NCBI GenBank assembly: GCA_004764695.1
Contig: SMSO01000037.1
Location: forward strand, 2,270,747-2,334,746
Reading direction: 5' to 3'
Source of the DNA: Schizochytrium sp. TIO01
Lineage: Eukaryota > Protista > Bigyra: Labyrinthulomycetes
DNA length: 64,000 nt
Part shown: positions 13,095 to 27,200 of the stretch, piece by piece
How positions within the stretch are numbered: the first letter of the stretch is position 1
Layout of the letters: each line of letters begins with the position of its first letter
Notes under the pieces: model-generated
Told to the model about the DNA's origin: nothing
The model's input: the letters and a program-made list of their open reading frames with translations, nothing else
Databases searched by the model: none
Position numbers and translations under genes: made by a program

Positions 13095-15218
13095 ATGATG
13101 TTACACTCGGACGCTGGTCATCGCAGTAGCAGCGAGAACCTTGGTCTGAGAGGCTTGCCTTCAGGACCTATATTGAGACCTCTCGCAGCTCGTCACGAGC
13201 AACGCCGAATGCTGTCTCGCCACCGCGCGAGCAGCAGCAGCGACTCTGAGAATCAACCACACCTTGCTAATGAAACATACGAGCAAACGCCGAACCATAA
13301 TCAAATCTGCAATCACACGCAGAACCAGAACCAGATGCTCGCACCAAAGCCAGCCCTTGCTAGCAAAAGACCCCGGAGTCTGAGCTTACCGAACGAATGG
13401 GATCGTCAGGCCATGCTTACCGCCAATGTCATGACCAGCAGCAGTAACAACAACCACAGCTACGGCAACAGCGCTACGGGAGCGCGAGCCATGCCTCACT
13501 TGGCCCCTGCTGCTGCAGCAGACGGTGAATTCATTGCCCCTATTGCCCTTGCTGCACAGCGCCAACTGCAAATGCATCAGCACTTGCACCAGAGCCAGAG
13601 CCTTCACCAAAGCCTTCACCAGCATCTTCATCAGCACTTTCAAAATGCTCATCAGCACCAGCACCAGCAACTGCCAGCCCGCCCGCTCTCGGCATTCCCC
13701 GCGACAGTTGCAGCAATGCCATTGAGCCCCACTCCCACAAATGATGAGGATTGCTGCACTACTACCTCAAGAAGCTTTTCCTCCGAATCCATGGAGCCCT
13801 CCTCACATGCTGAATCATGTGGTGGTCATCATCACCACATGGGCAGCAAATATGCTTCGACCCCGGCATCAGGCTCTAATAATGACTCTCATTCTCACGA
13901 GCCGCAGCCCTGTATTATTTGCTACGGCGGTTTCTCTGCGAAGAGACCCCCTGTGCTCATTCCCTGCGCCGGCAAGTGCAACGACGCACCAGTTCATGCC
14001 AAGTGCATTTTCGAGTGGAAGGAAACAAAACGCCCGTTCACGCTCTCGCCGTCTTCCTGCCCTCTTTGCAGAGGCCCTCTCACGGAAATGGACTACACCC
14101 CGCCCGACCCTCTCCGCAGTGAGTCTCTCGTGAGATTCTCAGCCCGCAAATCTTTTGTCTCGAGGCCGGTGCCCAGAACCGCAGGCATGGTGCGCTGCTA
14201 CATCCGTGCCGTGCGAGAGGACTCCGTGATCTTTGGCAAGAGCACCCGCTATGAAATGTACCTACAGGCACCACCCAAGGTGCGGTACCCTCATGGTGAG
14301 CTGCCTGGGTCCTCCTCCCCAGTGGTCGGAGATGTTTTGCTTATGGTTGCACGCAAACGTACTCTGAAGCAAGGTGCCTGTTTTCACTCTGTTGTAGATA
14401 TTAGTTTGGATCAAACTGGCCGTGACTTTGATCGCAAGGGAAGCAATTTTGTGGGATGTGTGAAGAGTTCCTTCAGCGGTCTCGAACACACCATTCTTGC
14501 GCCATTCAACACACAACCACGGGATTCGGATGGACTCGGCATTCGCCGCCACCGCCACCGTAATGGTGGGTACCTTGAACTCGGATCTGTGCGCTACACT
14601 CAAAACCGCGTGGGACGCAGTGTTGGGCCTCGGCGAATGCAGGTCTGTGTTCCTCAAGTTGGCGAGTGCTCGACGATGGATGAGGATCCCGCGGAAATTG
14701 CTGCCATCGAGGCTGAAAAGGCTGCAGCTGCTGCGGCTCTTTTTGCTGATTCCGATTTCTTCTCCCGCACAGATGTGCTTCATGAGGAGGATGACGAAGA
14801 GGAGGACGACGAAGAACACCCTTGGTCCACGAATGTCTATCGCCCAGTCAAGACTGCTGAGACTATGCGTCAGCTTCTCCGCAAAGGCCAGCCGATGGTA
14901 GACCACACCGACGAACTTTTGTACGGCACCAACAAACAACCTTACTGGCTTGATTCTATTCAAGCTTACTCGCTTGACTTTGCCGGTCGTGTAACTTTGC
15001 CTTCGAACAAGAATTTCCAGCTTTGCCTTGAGGGGCTTGCCACGCCCGGAGTCACTGTTCCTGAAGTTGATTCGACCAACGAGATCACCCTTCAGTTTGG
15101 CAAGGTGCATGAAGGGCCCGTGGAGGTGTATACGCTTGATCTCCAGTGGCCCTTGTCTCCGGTCCAAGCCTTTGGCATCTGCCTCACGGCGAGTATTCAA
15201 AAGGTGTGCTGTGCTTAA
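13095..15218 (+). CDS. RING-variant zinc finger + Tubby C-terminal domain protein (707 aa, intronless)
   Basis: Long ATG ORF. CIIC...C.GKC...H.KC...CPLC fits a C4HC3-type RING. Tubby motifs: GPRRMQV, NKQPYW...YSLDFAGRVTLPSNKNFQL, LQFGK, YTLDLQWPLSPVQAFGICL. The N-terminus is H/Q/S-rich low complexity. Confidence 0.9.
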   Translation: MMLHSDAGHRSSSENLGLRGLPSGPILRPLAARHEQRRMLSRHRASSSSDSENQPHLANETYEQTPNHNQICNHTQNQNQMLAPKPALASKRPRSLSLPNEWDRQAMLTANVMTSSSNNNHSYGNSATGARAMPHLAPAAAADGEFIAPIALAAQRQLQMHQHLHQSQSLHQSLHQHLHQHFQNAHQHQHQQLPARPLSAFPATVAAMPLSPTPTNDEDCCTTTSRSFSSESMEPSSHAESCGGHHHHMGSKYASTPASGSNNDSHSHEPQPCIICYGGFSAKRPPVLIPCAGKCNDAPVHAKCIFEWKETKRPFTLSPSSCPLCRGPLTEMDYTPPDPLRSESLVRFSARKSFVSRPVPRTAGMVRCYIRAVREDSVIFGKSTRYEMYLQAPPKVRYPHGELPGSSSPVVGDVLLMVARKRTLKQGACFHSVVDISLDQTGRDFDRKGSNFVGCVKSSFSGLEHTILAPFNTQPRDSDGLGIRRHRHRNGGYLELGSVRYTQNRVGRSVGPRRMQVCVPQVGECSTMDEDPAEIAAIEAEKAAAAAALFADSDFFSRTDVLHEEDDEEEDDEEHPWSTNVYRPVKTAETMRQLLRKGQPMVDHTDELLYGTNKQPYWLDSIQAYSLDFAGRVTLPSNKNFQLCLEGLATPGVTVPEVDSTNEITLQFGKVHEGPVEVYTLDLQWPLSPVQAFGICLTASIQKVCCA

Positions 15219-18200
15219 ACTTCTATTATGGGCTTCTCTCTCTCTCTCTCTCTCTATAGCTTTTCTGTTTGTAGTAATAGACTCCAACTGTAAAATTTGA
15301 GAGGAGCAAAACACCATGGAAACCTACGAACATACACCGGGAGCTGCTAATGTATCATAGAATGCTTTTTGATCTGTGAATAGGAACATTAAAAGCAGCA
15401 ACTTTGATCGTGCATTTGGTATCCTTCCCATGTCTCGCGATATTCTGCGGCCCTATGCACGCATTTTGCAGAGGAAACTAGGTTATCCGCAGGTGACGTC
15501 TCTTGATACAAAAACCAACAAAACAACATACCCTTTAGATAGACCCCTCCCCATACACACTCAAAACACATGCACATGCATTCCTAAGTAGTGAGATTGG
15601 TCTCTTATTCATATACGAGCAAACCATATGCAAGTGCAGATGCGCCCTGTAATTAATTTGTCTCGATCATGTCGCCACGGAGCCAGTTACTTGATACTTG
15701 GTTCATCGTGGCTTGTATTTTCCCACAATCATTTCAGACTGTGACTGATAGTCAATATTCCTTTTCATTTATTTTATTTCTTTTCCTCTATTTCTATCTG
15801 TTTTGAAAAATTCTTCTTCATGCTCTCTGTTGCATTCAAGTGACTATGATGTGTTATTAAAAATAGCATGCTACTACTCTTGAAAAATGCCATAATAAAA
15901 CAATGAACCCTTCACTTTTTTGCACCCAGATCTTATCCTGACAAGAGACAGAAAAATATATTCTTCAATCGACATGTAAATTATTGAACACTCTATCCAA
16001 CAATTAAATTTGGTGTCATCATACGTATCAATTATTGATTCTAACTGCACAAGTAAACCAATGCCGATAGCCTATGAAACATGTAGAAAACGATCGCCCG
16101 AGCAGTCTAAAACTTCGTTGTTTTACAAGTCTAGAGAAACTCAAAATTTTCATCCAGCAAATGCCTTTTACGTTCTCGACAGTCTCTTGCACTTCTCAGG
16201 TAAAGTCCGAAGCTTGGAGAAAAGAGTATTCCTAATCTAAGTTTTGCCACGGTATCTTTGAAGCACCTTTGAATAAATTTGTACAAGGAATCCAAAAAAG
16301 GTGTCAAGAAGCATGGGTGCAAATCGGAAAGCTCGGATTGACTCCCGTAGACCCCGTGAAACATACGATAAATCTCGGAACAAGGTCGCAATGTTGTTAA
16401 AAACATCCACTTGGTTATCTTTAAGAGGACTGTAGTTTCGAGCAAAAACACGAGGAGCTCGCGAGATTCTCGCCGTCCATGACTTGGTGCAATGTCCATA
16501 CACGCATGGAACAATATTTTCGTATTGAACCGTGCGCCCCGAATTGTCGCCAGAGCATTGAGCTGATCAGAGTGCTCATTCTAGTAATTAAACAACCGAA
16601 AATATCTTGAGCGCATGGGCACGAGATTTTTTAATTTGTGTTTTTGCAAGCAATCATAACACGAGATTTTTACATTGTGTTTTTACAAGCACTCATTAAG
16701 TTTGCTCAAAAAATCACAGATCACAATGTTAGCATCAGTACCGTGTGACAGAATTCTAGGCTAGTAAGTCTAGATATGGAAGAATAACACGTGGGTAATC
16801 AGTTGCCTAAAATTTCTCCAACTGTTCAAGCTGCTAGTTTTTCTCTCACTCGCACATGCACACCCCACTAGCGCTACAATTTTTCTTAGAAAAGACGCGC
16901 TCGGGTTGCTCCCAAAATAAAACAAAATAACTTTTTAATCTTGGATTAACTCAGCAGCCCTGTTAAATGCACACCCCAATCAGGCCCAGCATGAGGTGCA
17001 CAAGCTGCCGTCACAGCGCTTAGAGCTCAACATGACACTGCTCGTCCGATTTGCGCTTTCCGTCGTGGGAAGCTGCGATAATACACGAGCCAGTCAGGAT
17101 TTTCGAACCAAGGGCCGCTTATTATAAGAAACATAAAAGAAGCAGGAAATGCACTTGATGCCGAGTATGATGTACTCAAGTTGCCAGGCAAGGATGCACT
17201 TGGAACTACTACCTAGCTATTACTACGACTTACTACTATCTACCTAGCACTACCTAGGTACCAAAATTAGATTAAATCTATTTCGAAAATCTCTGCGGCG
17301 TCTTTTAGGCAATGTACGCAATCTCGTAGTGAAGATCGTCGTGAAGACCGTCATGAAGAACGAACTAATCGAAACCCGAAGTCTTCCATTTCCAACGGCA
17401 GGGACGCGGCGCAGGTTTTCTTAATTGCACTCTGTTCAGGTCTCGTTTCAGTTTCTCCTAGGAGGCTATCCGGAGCTGACAGTTATGACTCTGGCGGGGT
17501 TGGTTCTTTTCTCGTCCATTCTGCTGACTGCGTCGATTATCTTGCACATAGGTGCCAAGCAAGCAAGCAAGTCGTGTCTATCTACCAAGCTGAGGCCTCC
17601 TCTCCTTGTTGTAGCTTTCGCTTTGCTCGTAGTCTCCAAGAACTGGTCTTGTCCCACCCTCCCTGCGTGCAGTCTTTGGTATCACATCCTTGCTCAAAGT
17701 TCGTCTTGGTGGGTCTCCGAGTCAGACCGCGGACCTCGACAAAAAGGTTCCGATACTCGAAGTCCAAGATTCGCGATTTCGCCGAGGAGAGCGCTGCGCC
17801 GGTCGCCTTCCATTGCGCCGCGGCCGCGACTCGAAGTGGCAGTGAGCCTCATCGTTGTGCGTTTGGTCCACCGCCATGACGCAGGCAGTCCGCGGAGAAC
17901 CAAGGTTTCAGGTTTGAAATCCGGTCTGGGCGCCGGTGAATTTGAACTTTGAACTTTGCAGAAGACGAGTTCATCTCTTCAAGACCCAGACTGCCGAGAT
18001 GCACGCACGCCCACGATTGGGTGAGCTCCTTTGAACTTTCCGGGTTCGGAGCCATGTGTCTGTCTACTGCGCAGCCTCAAGGCCTGCCTCTGGAGGGGCC
18101 CCGCGGAGCGCGCGTTTTCAAACGTCGTGCCTTCTTTCCCCTGATTGACGGGCGATTGCGGAGAATTCGAATTGCCCTTGGGCGCAGCTGTGCACCACCG

Positions 18201-21200
18201 AGCGAGCAGAGCTCTTGGCGTCGCTGCGAGTTGGACGCAGGGCTCCTCTTCGCTCGCTCGGCTGCAACGGCGCTCGGGTGAAATTGAATTACAGTGCCTG
18301 CCACTGCAAAAAGCGAACTTGCACTGCGAACAGACGAAAGTCTCAAGGCATCGCTTCCCAGATGCCTGCCTGCCTGCCTGCCTTTCCAAATTGCAAATCG
18401 AGTGCCAAGGCTCAACTGAAAGCTGGCCTCCTCATCGGCTTGAAGACAACGGCACTCAAGTTGTTCGGCAGCCCGGCAATCGAGTGATGCAGGAGTTTCA
18501 GGATTTGCGAGTATTTTGAATCACTTAGTTTGAGTTTTATTATTGCTATTTACTGATTCTGAAATGATTTTAATTTTAATTTTATGAATTTAAAAACACT
18601 GATTTTGAATTAATGTTTTTTAATTTATAATTTTTTAAAAATTAGCGTAGTCATAATAAAAACTTTCCTCTCTCCTTTCAAAACAAAAGTATGAGTGAAA
18701 ATGTTCCGCTTACCACAAACTTGCTTCTACATTGCGACAACTACAGCACGCAGCGGCCTTCGAACAAGTTGGCACGTAGCAGATCATTCAGACGGCGCTG
18801 GGAGCAGCGCGAATCCATACTCCGATTAGATCGCGTTGTATTCAAGTATGTTAGGTTAGAGCCGTAGTTTCCACTCCCTTTTTTATTTTTTTTTTATTTT
18901 TTTTAATTAAAAAATAATACGAATTGGATCTGTGAGAATTTAAAAGGGAAAAAAAAGGGAGGAAAGAGGAAGGCAATCCAAGAAGTACCATGTTACATTT
19001 TCTCCGATTGTTCAAACTATGCGCAGAGAGAGAGAGAGAGTCATTGAGGTTTAACATTTCGAATTTCACGATCTTTCTGATTCACTCGTCTCCATGAAAG
19101 GTTTTTACTCCATTGGAGTCATGTAGAGCTTATCTGGCCGCAGTTGCTCCTCTGGCAAGACCATGTGTAAAGAAGGCTTGACGTCTTTCAATCAATCTTT
19201 TCGTTTGACCATGCAAATAAATGCGGTAGGAATTCCACGCTCGACCGTTCGAGTTCTCTCTCTGGCGCAGTTGCCGCAGCTGGTGAAAGGGGCAGGCCTC
19301 TTGGAGACACGGCAAGTGCTTGAAGGGGGGTGGCAGGAGCGGCGTCCAGTGAACTTTTAGAAAAGAAACACCAATTCACGAGTTGAAGTCAGAAAAGGAG
19401 ACTTTTGTAAGTGAAACGATGCTGGGTATCGCCGAATTGAACTCGTCACATCCCGCACGTCGTTGCATTCTTGAGCTCACGCCCAGTTTTGCTAAAGCTG
19501 CGCGCGCTGCAGAGACCGGAACTGCTCACAGCCAGAGCAAAGAGTCGGGCCTCTGCTGAGGGAAGACAGCGACACGTTCAGGGTTGCTGGAACGCCTCAC
19601 AAAGGCCAAGAAGATAAGCAGCATGCTGCTTATCCAGTTATGCGCATGCTATCGCGTTAGCATTGCACGAAAAGTCCAAATGAGTGATTGAAAGAGCCTA
19701 GTCTCACTGGTCAGAGGTATGAGGTTGGGATCTTCTAGTTTGGGTAAAAAGAATTACTCGTGCGAAGAGCCTTGTCAAGACACTCTAAGTACCTAGCTAG
19801 GTATCTAGGCAGCCATTTGCAAGTACTTTTCGTGTATATTGAGTGAGGGGTTTGACTTTCCCGCAAGTCAAAAGATGAATAGGAGTTGCCTCAGACTAGT
19901 GGAAGTGGATTGAACGAAGCGTGATGGATGTCCATTCATTCAATCGATTGTCTTAGGGAGTATTGGAAAGCGTGAGGATTGAGGTAATTGGAGACACTAC
20001 TAAATAAGTAGAGAGGTCCATTTATCAATGGTTCGATTAGCACCTAGAACATACTAGTTTGTACGTGCTCTTCTAGCAGGGATAGAAATAGCGAATCCAA
20101 TGGTCCAACAACTTGCAGAATATGTGTCCCGGCAGCAGCTGAGCTCTAGGGTGCCTCAATTTGCAAGCGGGCCAACATTTTGAGGGTGTGTTGCTGTCTT
20201 TTGCAGAGCTGCAAACGTTTGCTCAAGCCAATCCATTTGAAATCTCTGATACCTGCCTGTCTGGTTGATTTGCACGGTAATCAACAATGCAAGCCACCGT
20301 TGGGCCAACTTGAGAAGCAGGGCAAGAGCCCTTCACAAAAGTTGCGCCTCCGCACTACAGCTCGTTCTCCAACAGCGGCGGGCGTTTTCTGGCAAAGAAT
20401 GGAGCAAGCTCACCGTCTTCGCAGGTCAGCCTTGGCGTCTTGGGGGACATCGACCGCATCCGGGACCATGCATGGACTTGACCGGCCGGCCGGCTCCAGA
20501 CATATCAAAAGAAGGGCAGCCGACCCAGCCCTGGAGCCCATCGACCCGATCATGTTTCAGGGTTTCTACGAAGGAAGGCAGATTTGATTGGTTGATTTCC
20601 TCGATGGAAGCCTTCCTGCTTCAATCGCCGAGTTGTTGTTTTCCTTAATTTTCGAAATTCGTTTTTCATCCTTTGAATTGCCCCTAGCTTCCTACAAGAG
20701 GGCACTAATTTCTCTTAGTTATGAGAATTACTGCCAGAGAACGACATGTCTTAAAGTCCAACGCACTGTGTGGTGTTGCTATCCCCGCAGTGGAATCCTA
20801 TGTGTCCCCACAACGAGGGTGTGCACTGGTTCCTGGGATTCCACCAAGCTCGCTGACAAGATAAGTTCTTCTTCTTCTTCTTCTTCTTCTTCTTTCAAAG
20901 TTAGCTCTTGCGATTTGGCTTTGGTATTCGATGTTTGTCGCAGGCTTTCAATGCGTATCCATGTACCTGGATGCCCTCTTGCCTGCCTGACTTGCACGAG
21001 CAGGGCTCCATAGCTAGCTAGCTAGCTAGCTAGCTATAGCTACTTCGTGCACGTTGTTGTTCTTGTTCCTCAAATGCTGTGTGGCCAAAGTGCCACTTTG
21101 GTTCAAGTTGTCCCTGTTTCGTTTCTGTTTGGATCATATCATGTCGCGCTGTAGTGAAGAAACTCAGACGCTTAGCAGAGTCTGTGGCCAAAGGACGGAG

Positions 21201-24200
21201 CCGCCTTGATCTGGCGCCAGACAGATGTCCATTTGCGATGCGAGTTGGCTCGTGAAGAAGCAGGCGGAGCAGCCTTCGTTCGTGTGCACGCAAAGATCTG
21301 GTCTGGGGAGCGGATTAAGAAGCGTTCCGCAGAGTCGAACGGGCTCCCTCGAGCTGTCCGGCCTGGGAAACCAAAGCAATCCGCGCGGCGGAGTTTGAAG
21401 TGGATTGACGTTCGTGAATGCCGCTGACTTGCTAGACTTGGCTTCCTCCATCCGCAGCCTCTCCGCGATGATTCCATGGCCACCATCGCCCGAATGGGCG
21501 TGCGTGAGTGAGTGATCGATCTTTCGTTCGCTCGATCTGCAGAGTCTCGTGTAGCCCAAGTCGCTTCAGGTTGTCCATTGGACACTTCCGGTCGTCCTTT
21601 GCTCAGCGATGGCGAAGAGAGATCGAGCGCGCAATCTTCGAGGTGCCTGCCTCCGTCGAAGGCAAGCTCCGCTCAGGCTCGAAGGCCTTCCTTTGCCTGT
21701 CGAAGCGAGCGACGCTGCGTGCCGCTTTGAGGAGAACGCGGGCGTCAACACGTAGACGAGCCTGAAGAAGAGACCTCGACGAAGAAGAGACCTCGACGAA
21801 GAGAGAACCAGCGTGTTGGTGTTGGATGAGAGCACCTGCGCTGCGCAGGGCGGAGGACATGCATGGCTGCCTGCTGCAGTGTTTGATCTTTGGCTGCGCG
21901 ACACTGCACGCGACGCGATGACGGTGGACAGACGCAGATGAGGAGCGCGAAGGACTCTGTCGGCACCAGCGCCAACTCAGAATCGTGAACTTTGAGTTTG
22001 AAAACCTCTCGTTGCAGAAGAAGAATTTGAATTTCCGCCGTTTCTTCTTTAGTCTAGTGCTCAGTGCGTTCAGAGCTATAAGAATAACCTCGATCGTTTG
22101 AAAATGAATCAAACATGTATCTCACCGACGAATGAGAATGAAATCGTGGTCACGTAGGTACTTGTTTGTGCGACTGGTTTCAACTGCTTGCTTTTGCAAT
22201 TGCTGGTTTCTTCGTTTCAAGGTTCCCGAAAGCGACTTCTTTCTGCTCCAAATTGAGCTTTTGAGTCTGCCTAAATGATGGTCGCAATGATGGAGGTATA
22301 CGCGACACTATACGAGGGAGGACCTATCTATTCTAGCTTGGCCATCCCAGCATGCTCGTTTATATAGTTTCTATTTCTATTTCTTTTTATCAATTTATAC
22401 TTTTTAAAAGTTCTTTATCTTATGTAAATGAACAAAAGACGAATTACCGAGCGTGAATCTAATAAAGTAGTGGCGCCACTGCTTTACATCCGCGCAGACT
22501 GGCATGTGATTATCCGTCTTGGAGCTGGTAGGGGCCGCCTGTGTGTCTGCTGGGTGCCTGGAGAGTGTCCGCTGTTTATAAGATCGCCCCAGCTCCACCC
22601 ACTCTGCAGCACAGACGTCGACAATCGGAGGAGTTGGACCAAGTTCTGGCTCATGGTTCTTTCTTTCCAAGGTTTCTTCTTCCCAATGTTTGTTCCTTCG
22701 TTAAAATGTTGAAAAGGCTTCTCTTACAAACTTTTCATGAAGTTTATTTTTTGAAACTAATGAAATGAAAGGAAGGAGACACATGCTGGAAACTCGAAGA
22801 TTTGAAGAAGTGGTCTTCAAGTCCTTCGTCAAGTTCGTCGGACTGGTTAATTGAGCTTCAGCTCGCGGCCCAGGAGGGACCCAACTGAGCCAGGTAGTGG
22901 TGATTCTTATGTCCAGTCCAGCGACGCCCAACCATCTGAGCATTCCCAGTCTTGGAATTCCCTGAGTCATAAGGAATGCCTTCGCTTGCGCTTGAGCGGA
23001 GGTCTCGTAGTTAGTACTCACTCCATGATTAATTTTATTTTCTTTAAATTTAAAAAATAAAATAAACCTTTTCATGAGCAAATAAATTTCATAAAATGAT
23101 TACTGCCACTCTTTGGCAAAATGGAGAGTGGCAGCTGCAGGTTCAACTTGTTTGCAACGCAAGCGAGTAAGTAAGTACCTGCCGGCTACTCGGTAGTACG
23201 AGCAAATCCGATTGGCGCATCAGCTGCTGAAGGCTTTAAAGGGCTTTCCGGTTGATATAGATAAAAAGTTTTGAGATAAGAAGTAGTTGAAGATTAGATT
23301 TTTTGGTTCATTCAGGCACCCACTCATGCAATGCAATGAGTCATGAATGCAATACGACACAATCGATCGAGTGTTTGTTCGGTAACTCAGGCACAGAGCG
23401 AACCGAACGAAGGAAACCCGGATGAAACACACGACCAGGTCTCTTGGGCGTCTGAGCAGCTGAGCAGCTGCCGGCTTGAGGTTGTCACGAAGGAGGAGGA
23501 TTTGGCAGCCTGTCTGCTCGTGCTTTTTGACCGTGCTTGAAGAAAGAGTTTCACTTGACTGCTCCTTTAGAAAGGAAAGAGATCTTGGAATTTTTGACAT
23601 CTAGAGCAGAAAGTGTTTGATTTTTACTAAATAAAATATTTAAAAAACAACATTTACAAAGGAAAACAACGAAAATGGGGGGAAACTTCCACCGCTTCAA
23701 ACGAGTACCTATCGCAGAGGAAGTGCTTTCTTTCTTTACGAAAACCTCTATTCGAGTTCGGTCGTTTCCACTTTCGTTCAACCAAGTTCCAGCCAGTCTC
23801 GCCAAGATTGTGATGATGACTCGAAAGAAACATTGGCGACCGCCTGCTCCTGGTTTCCTCCTCCTCTCACCAGCCCCTAGTCATCGAGTTGGTCAGGAGC
23901 TGCGCGTTTCTCTTACTTGAATCGGGCTGTTTCGCTTAGGTCCAAGCAATCGCAAGTACTTCGAAAACACGAACTGCAAAGACATCAACAGAACTTGTTT
24001 CCTCTTTTTCGTTCTTTTAGAATTTTTAATTTATTAAAAAGAAGAAGAAGAAGAAGAAAGGATTATCACCTAAATAACATGGAATGGAAATTGGTAGTTA
24101 GCAGCGGCTCACGGAGGACGTGCACGAGACCACCCAGAACTACTACTACTACTACCTTGGCAAAGCTCTGGTGCTGCTGCTAATACTGGTGCAGCTGTGC

Positions 24201-27200
24201 CCTGTGCTGGAAGGAGGGCGAAGGAAGAGCACTTCAGACGGACGTGGCAGTCCGCAATCACCCAGGCCGCCAACGAAGCAGTGGCACCAGAAGTAGCGCA
24301 AGCCCAGATTTGACTGTGACCTCTTTTCGTAGTACGCACTAGTAGTGGCATTGCTAGTCCAGCTATTGGAATCGTAGTGGCAGCAACTTGACTTGCTTGG
24401 GTCAGGAACTATCGATCAGCAATACATACATACATATACACATATATACATACATAGATTACAGCAGCACCATCGCAGCACCTTTCTGAAGAGCAACCTA
24501 AAAGTACGCACGCCCAGAAGCGTACTAGAATTGGGGTCTGGACCAACGCAACGATAGATTCCGTTTTGTGTGGAAGTCTGAGTGGTTGGCTGCGTGCACC
24601 CTTGAAACTCAAGTGCGACAGTACAAGGTAGCGTACTCCCTACGCTGGTTGCTGCTGATTCTGCACTTCGCACTCAAAGACCGACAGGAAAGTGGTCTCG
24701 TGTAAAGTGATAATCGGGGAAGAAACTTACGAGGTCTACCAGAGTTCCTGCAAAAAAAAAATTTTTCAGTGGAACTTCAAGGCAAAACATCGCTGTGAAC
24801 GAGGTTCAAGTCAAGAAAAAAAAAAACAATCGTTGGCAACCAAAGCCCAATCCAATCTCATTGATCCTGACGTAGAATTAAGGGGTTCTCCTACTCCCAC
24901 AAACTCTGAAAAGCTGCGAAGGGAAAGCGTATTTTTTAATATTCAAGACGCACACAAGGTGTAGTATATTCACACACTGGTATAGTACATTGAGCAATAT
25001 ACACATAGCCGGTGGAACAGAAGAGGTAAGTTCAAGCAAGCCCACAGGGAAGCAGCACAATTAGCGCAAGCAAGCAAACAAGCAGGGAAACACATGGGAA
25101 ACCCATGAAATATGCAAGCGGAAATTATCATTCAACTACCAGTGGGGAGTGAGCGATCCATTGAAGGACAAAGTGGAGGAGCAAGAGGGTCAGCGACCGC
25201 CGACCAGGACACACTGTCTTGGGTACCAAAAGCGCATGGCCCCAGAGAACTTATAGCAAATAGATTCTCGAATCGTTGAAGGACAAAAGGACAATCCGTC
25301 AAAAGTTGGCGTGCGCTACGAAGCGTTGGGGCTTCGACAAATCCTACCGACATGGAGCTGGGCGTACTTTGGTTGATTGACCAGTCCTTCAAAACAAACA
25401 CATTCAGCATTGGCCCAAACCATCCTGCTGTTTGGTAGTATGTTGACACTGAAGGCCACAAGTGAAATGAGCCAAGAGTGCAAACCAAAGCAATATCAAA
25501 TCCTGATCTTGATTTCGTGCCAGTCCTGTCAAGTAAACTTGAGATATTGACTGAGGTTGTTTTGCTTTGCACAGGTACGTGACTATGGCATCTCTTTGCT
25601 CAGGAGATATTGCTGCGCAGCCCGATTACTTGGAGTGGCTGGAGCTAGAATAAACGGAATCTTGCGCCGGCCCCGCTTGCCTGCTAGTTATTTGGAGATC
25701 TGCAAAAGTAGATTTTAGACTATGTAAGCATTCTTTCTGGGCAAAACTTTTGCTTTTGATTCTGTGGTTATTTTTGGTTGCTTTATTAGCAACTCCAATG
25801 GCGTTCACAGGAGAATACAGTCAATGACGAAATAAAGAAGAGCGTGCGCAAAGGTGGCCAAAACGCCAGCCAAACACTTGCATCTCGACTCTACAACAGC
25901 TGGCAAAGCACGGACTTTATGTATACATGAGATAGAATTTTGATATCCGCTTTTCAGAAGAGGGGAAAAGGACCTACAAGATATTATTTCCCGTGTGAAT
26001 TAGCACAGCCCAAGGTCTTGTTGAGCAGTTCGACAGAGCGAAGGCGATACTTCGATTGGCCTTATTGTTACAACATTTCTCTGATAAACTGTTGCTCAAA
26101 GCCACTCCAATTTTTTGAGAGGCTTTGAGGAGCGCCATGATTCGTGTATGAGCGAGTGCCTCACTTCACATGAGTAATGCTCAACATTCCAGAGTACTCA
26201 TTTAATCCTGCAAAGGTCCCCGTTGTAGTACAAGTTGCTGAGGTGGCAAATGACTTTGTAAGCATTCGCTGGCAGTGGTATCATGGATCATTATATGCTT
26301 GTCATTGTGTGCTTCGTCAATGCAGAGCATCTTCTTCTCATCATATGCTCTTCCTTTGAGCGGTGGTTCGATTCTTTTTGTTTGATGTGAATTCTGCGCT
26401 GCTGCTGCTGCTGCTGCTGCAAATGCCTTCTAGTTTAAGTACACTACTACTCTCTTCGAATGGTGTTAATGCAAGGGGAAGTTCTAGTCAAGGGTCGTGA
26501 GAAGATCAAGGTTCGTGCTTGCAACTGAGCCAATAAAAGCAAAGAGTAACACCGGCATTATGAGAGTACTCAATTGACGAGACTGCCAGCACGCACGCAC
26601 CAAGTTCTCACGTCATGCAGTCGGTTACATCTAGGTGGGGCTGTGTACCGCTGAGCAGGCGCACTCGCTTCTGCTACAGGCCTCTTCTTCCTTGCTTACG
26701 CTAGCACTCATGCAAGCAAGCACTCCCTGCCTTGGCTATGCCTGCGCACTTTGCTTTGAGATACGCGCATCGTCCTGCCGTAGATGCAGCTGTCGCGGAA
26801 GAACGAAAAGGTTGAAGAAGGAGCACGGATGTTGAGGCCAGAGATTTGAAGGCAGTCAAGGTTCGCAAAATGGCTGACCTCACTCACTCACTTTTTGCCT
26901 CCAACTGTATCCATTTCCTGGCCCTATTTCTTCCCCCAACCAGGGCGGTTAGTTGTTGAGCTGAGCACAGCAAAGCAAAGCCTACGAGCTCAGTACCCCC
27001 ACGCTAACCTTCTTCTTCCTGTGAACGCCTCATCGATGCCTACGTGAGTCCCTTTGCTCTGAGCATTCAGCAAATCAATGAGAAATCCCACGCGAGTGAT
27101 GGATTGCCTCTGCCTGAGCAGCACGGGCATCGGCTCTGTGGCGTCAACGGACCTTTCTTCCCTCTCTCTTTCTCTTTTTTTTTTTTTTTTTCCTTTTTTT

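Noticed and set aside
14262-15317. 351-aa minus-strand ORF
   Set aside because: Antisense shadow of the RING-Tubby CDS with no motifs.
23103-23134. Inverted repeat CTGCCACTCT/AGAGTGGCAG as a MITE end or terminator
   Set aside because: A single 10-bp stem with no TSD or additional copies, so it is compatible with chance.
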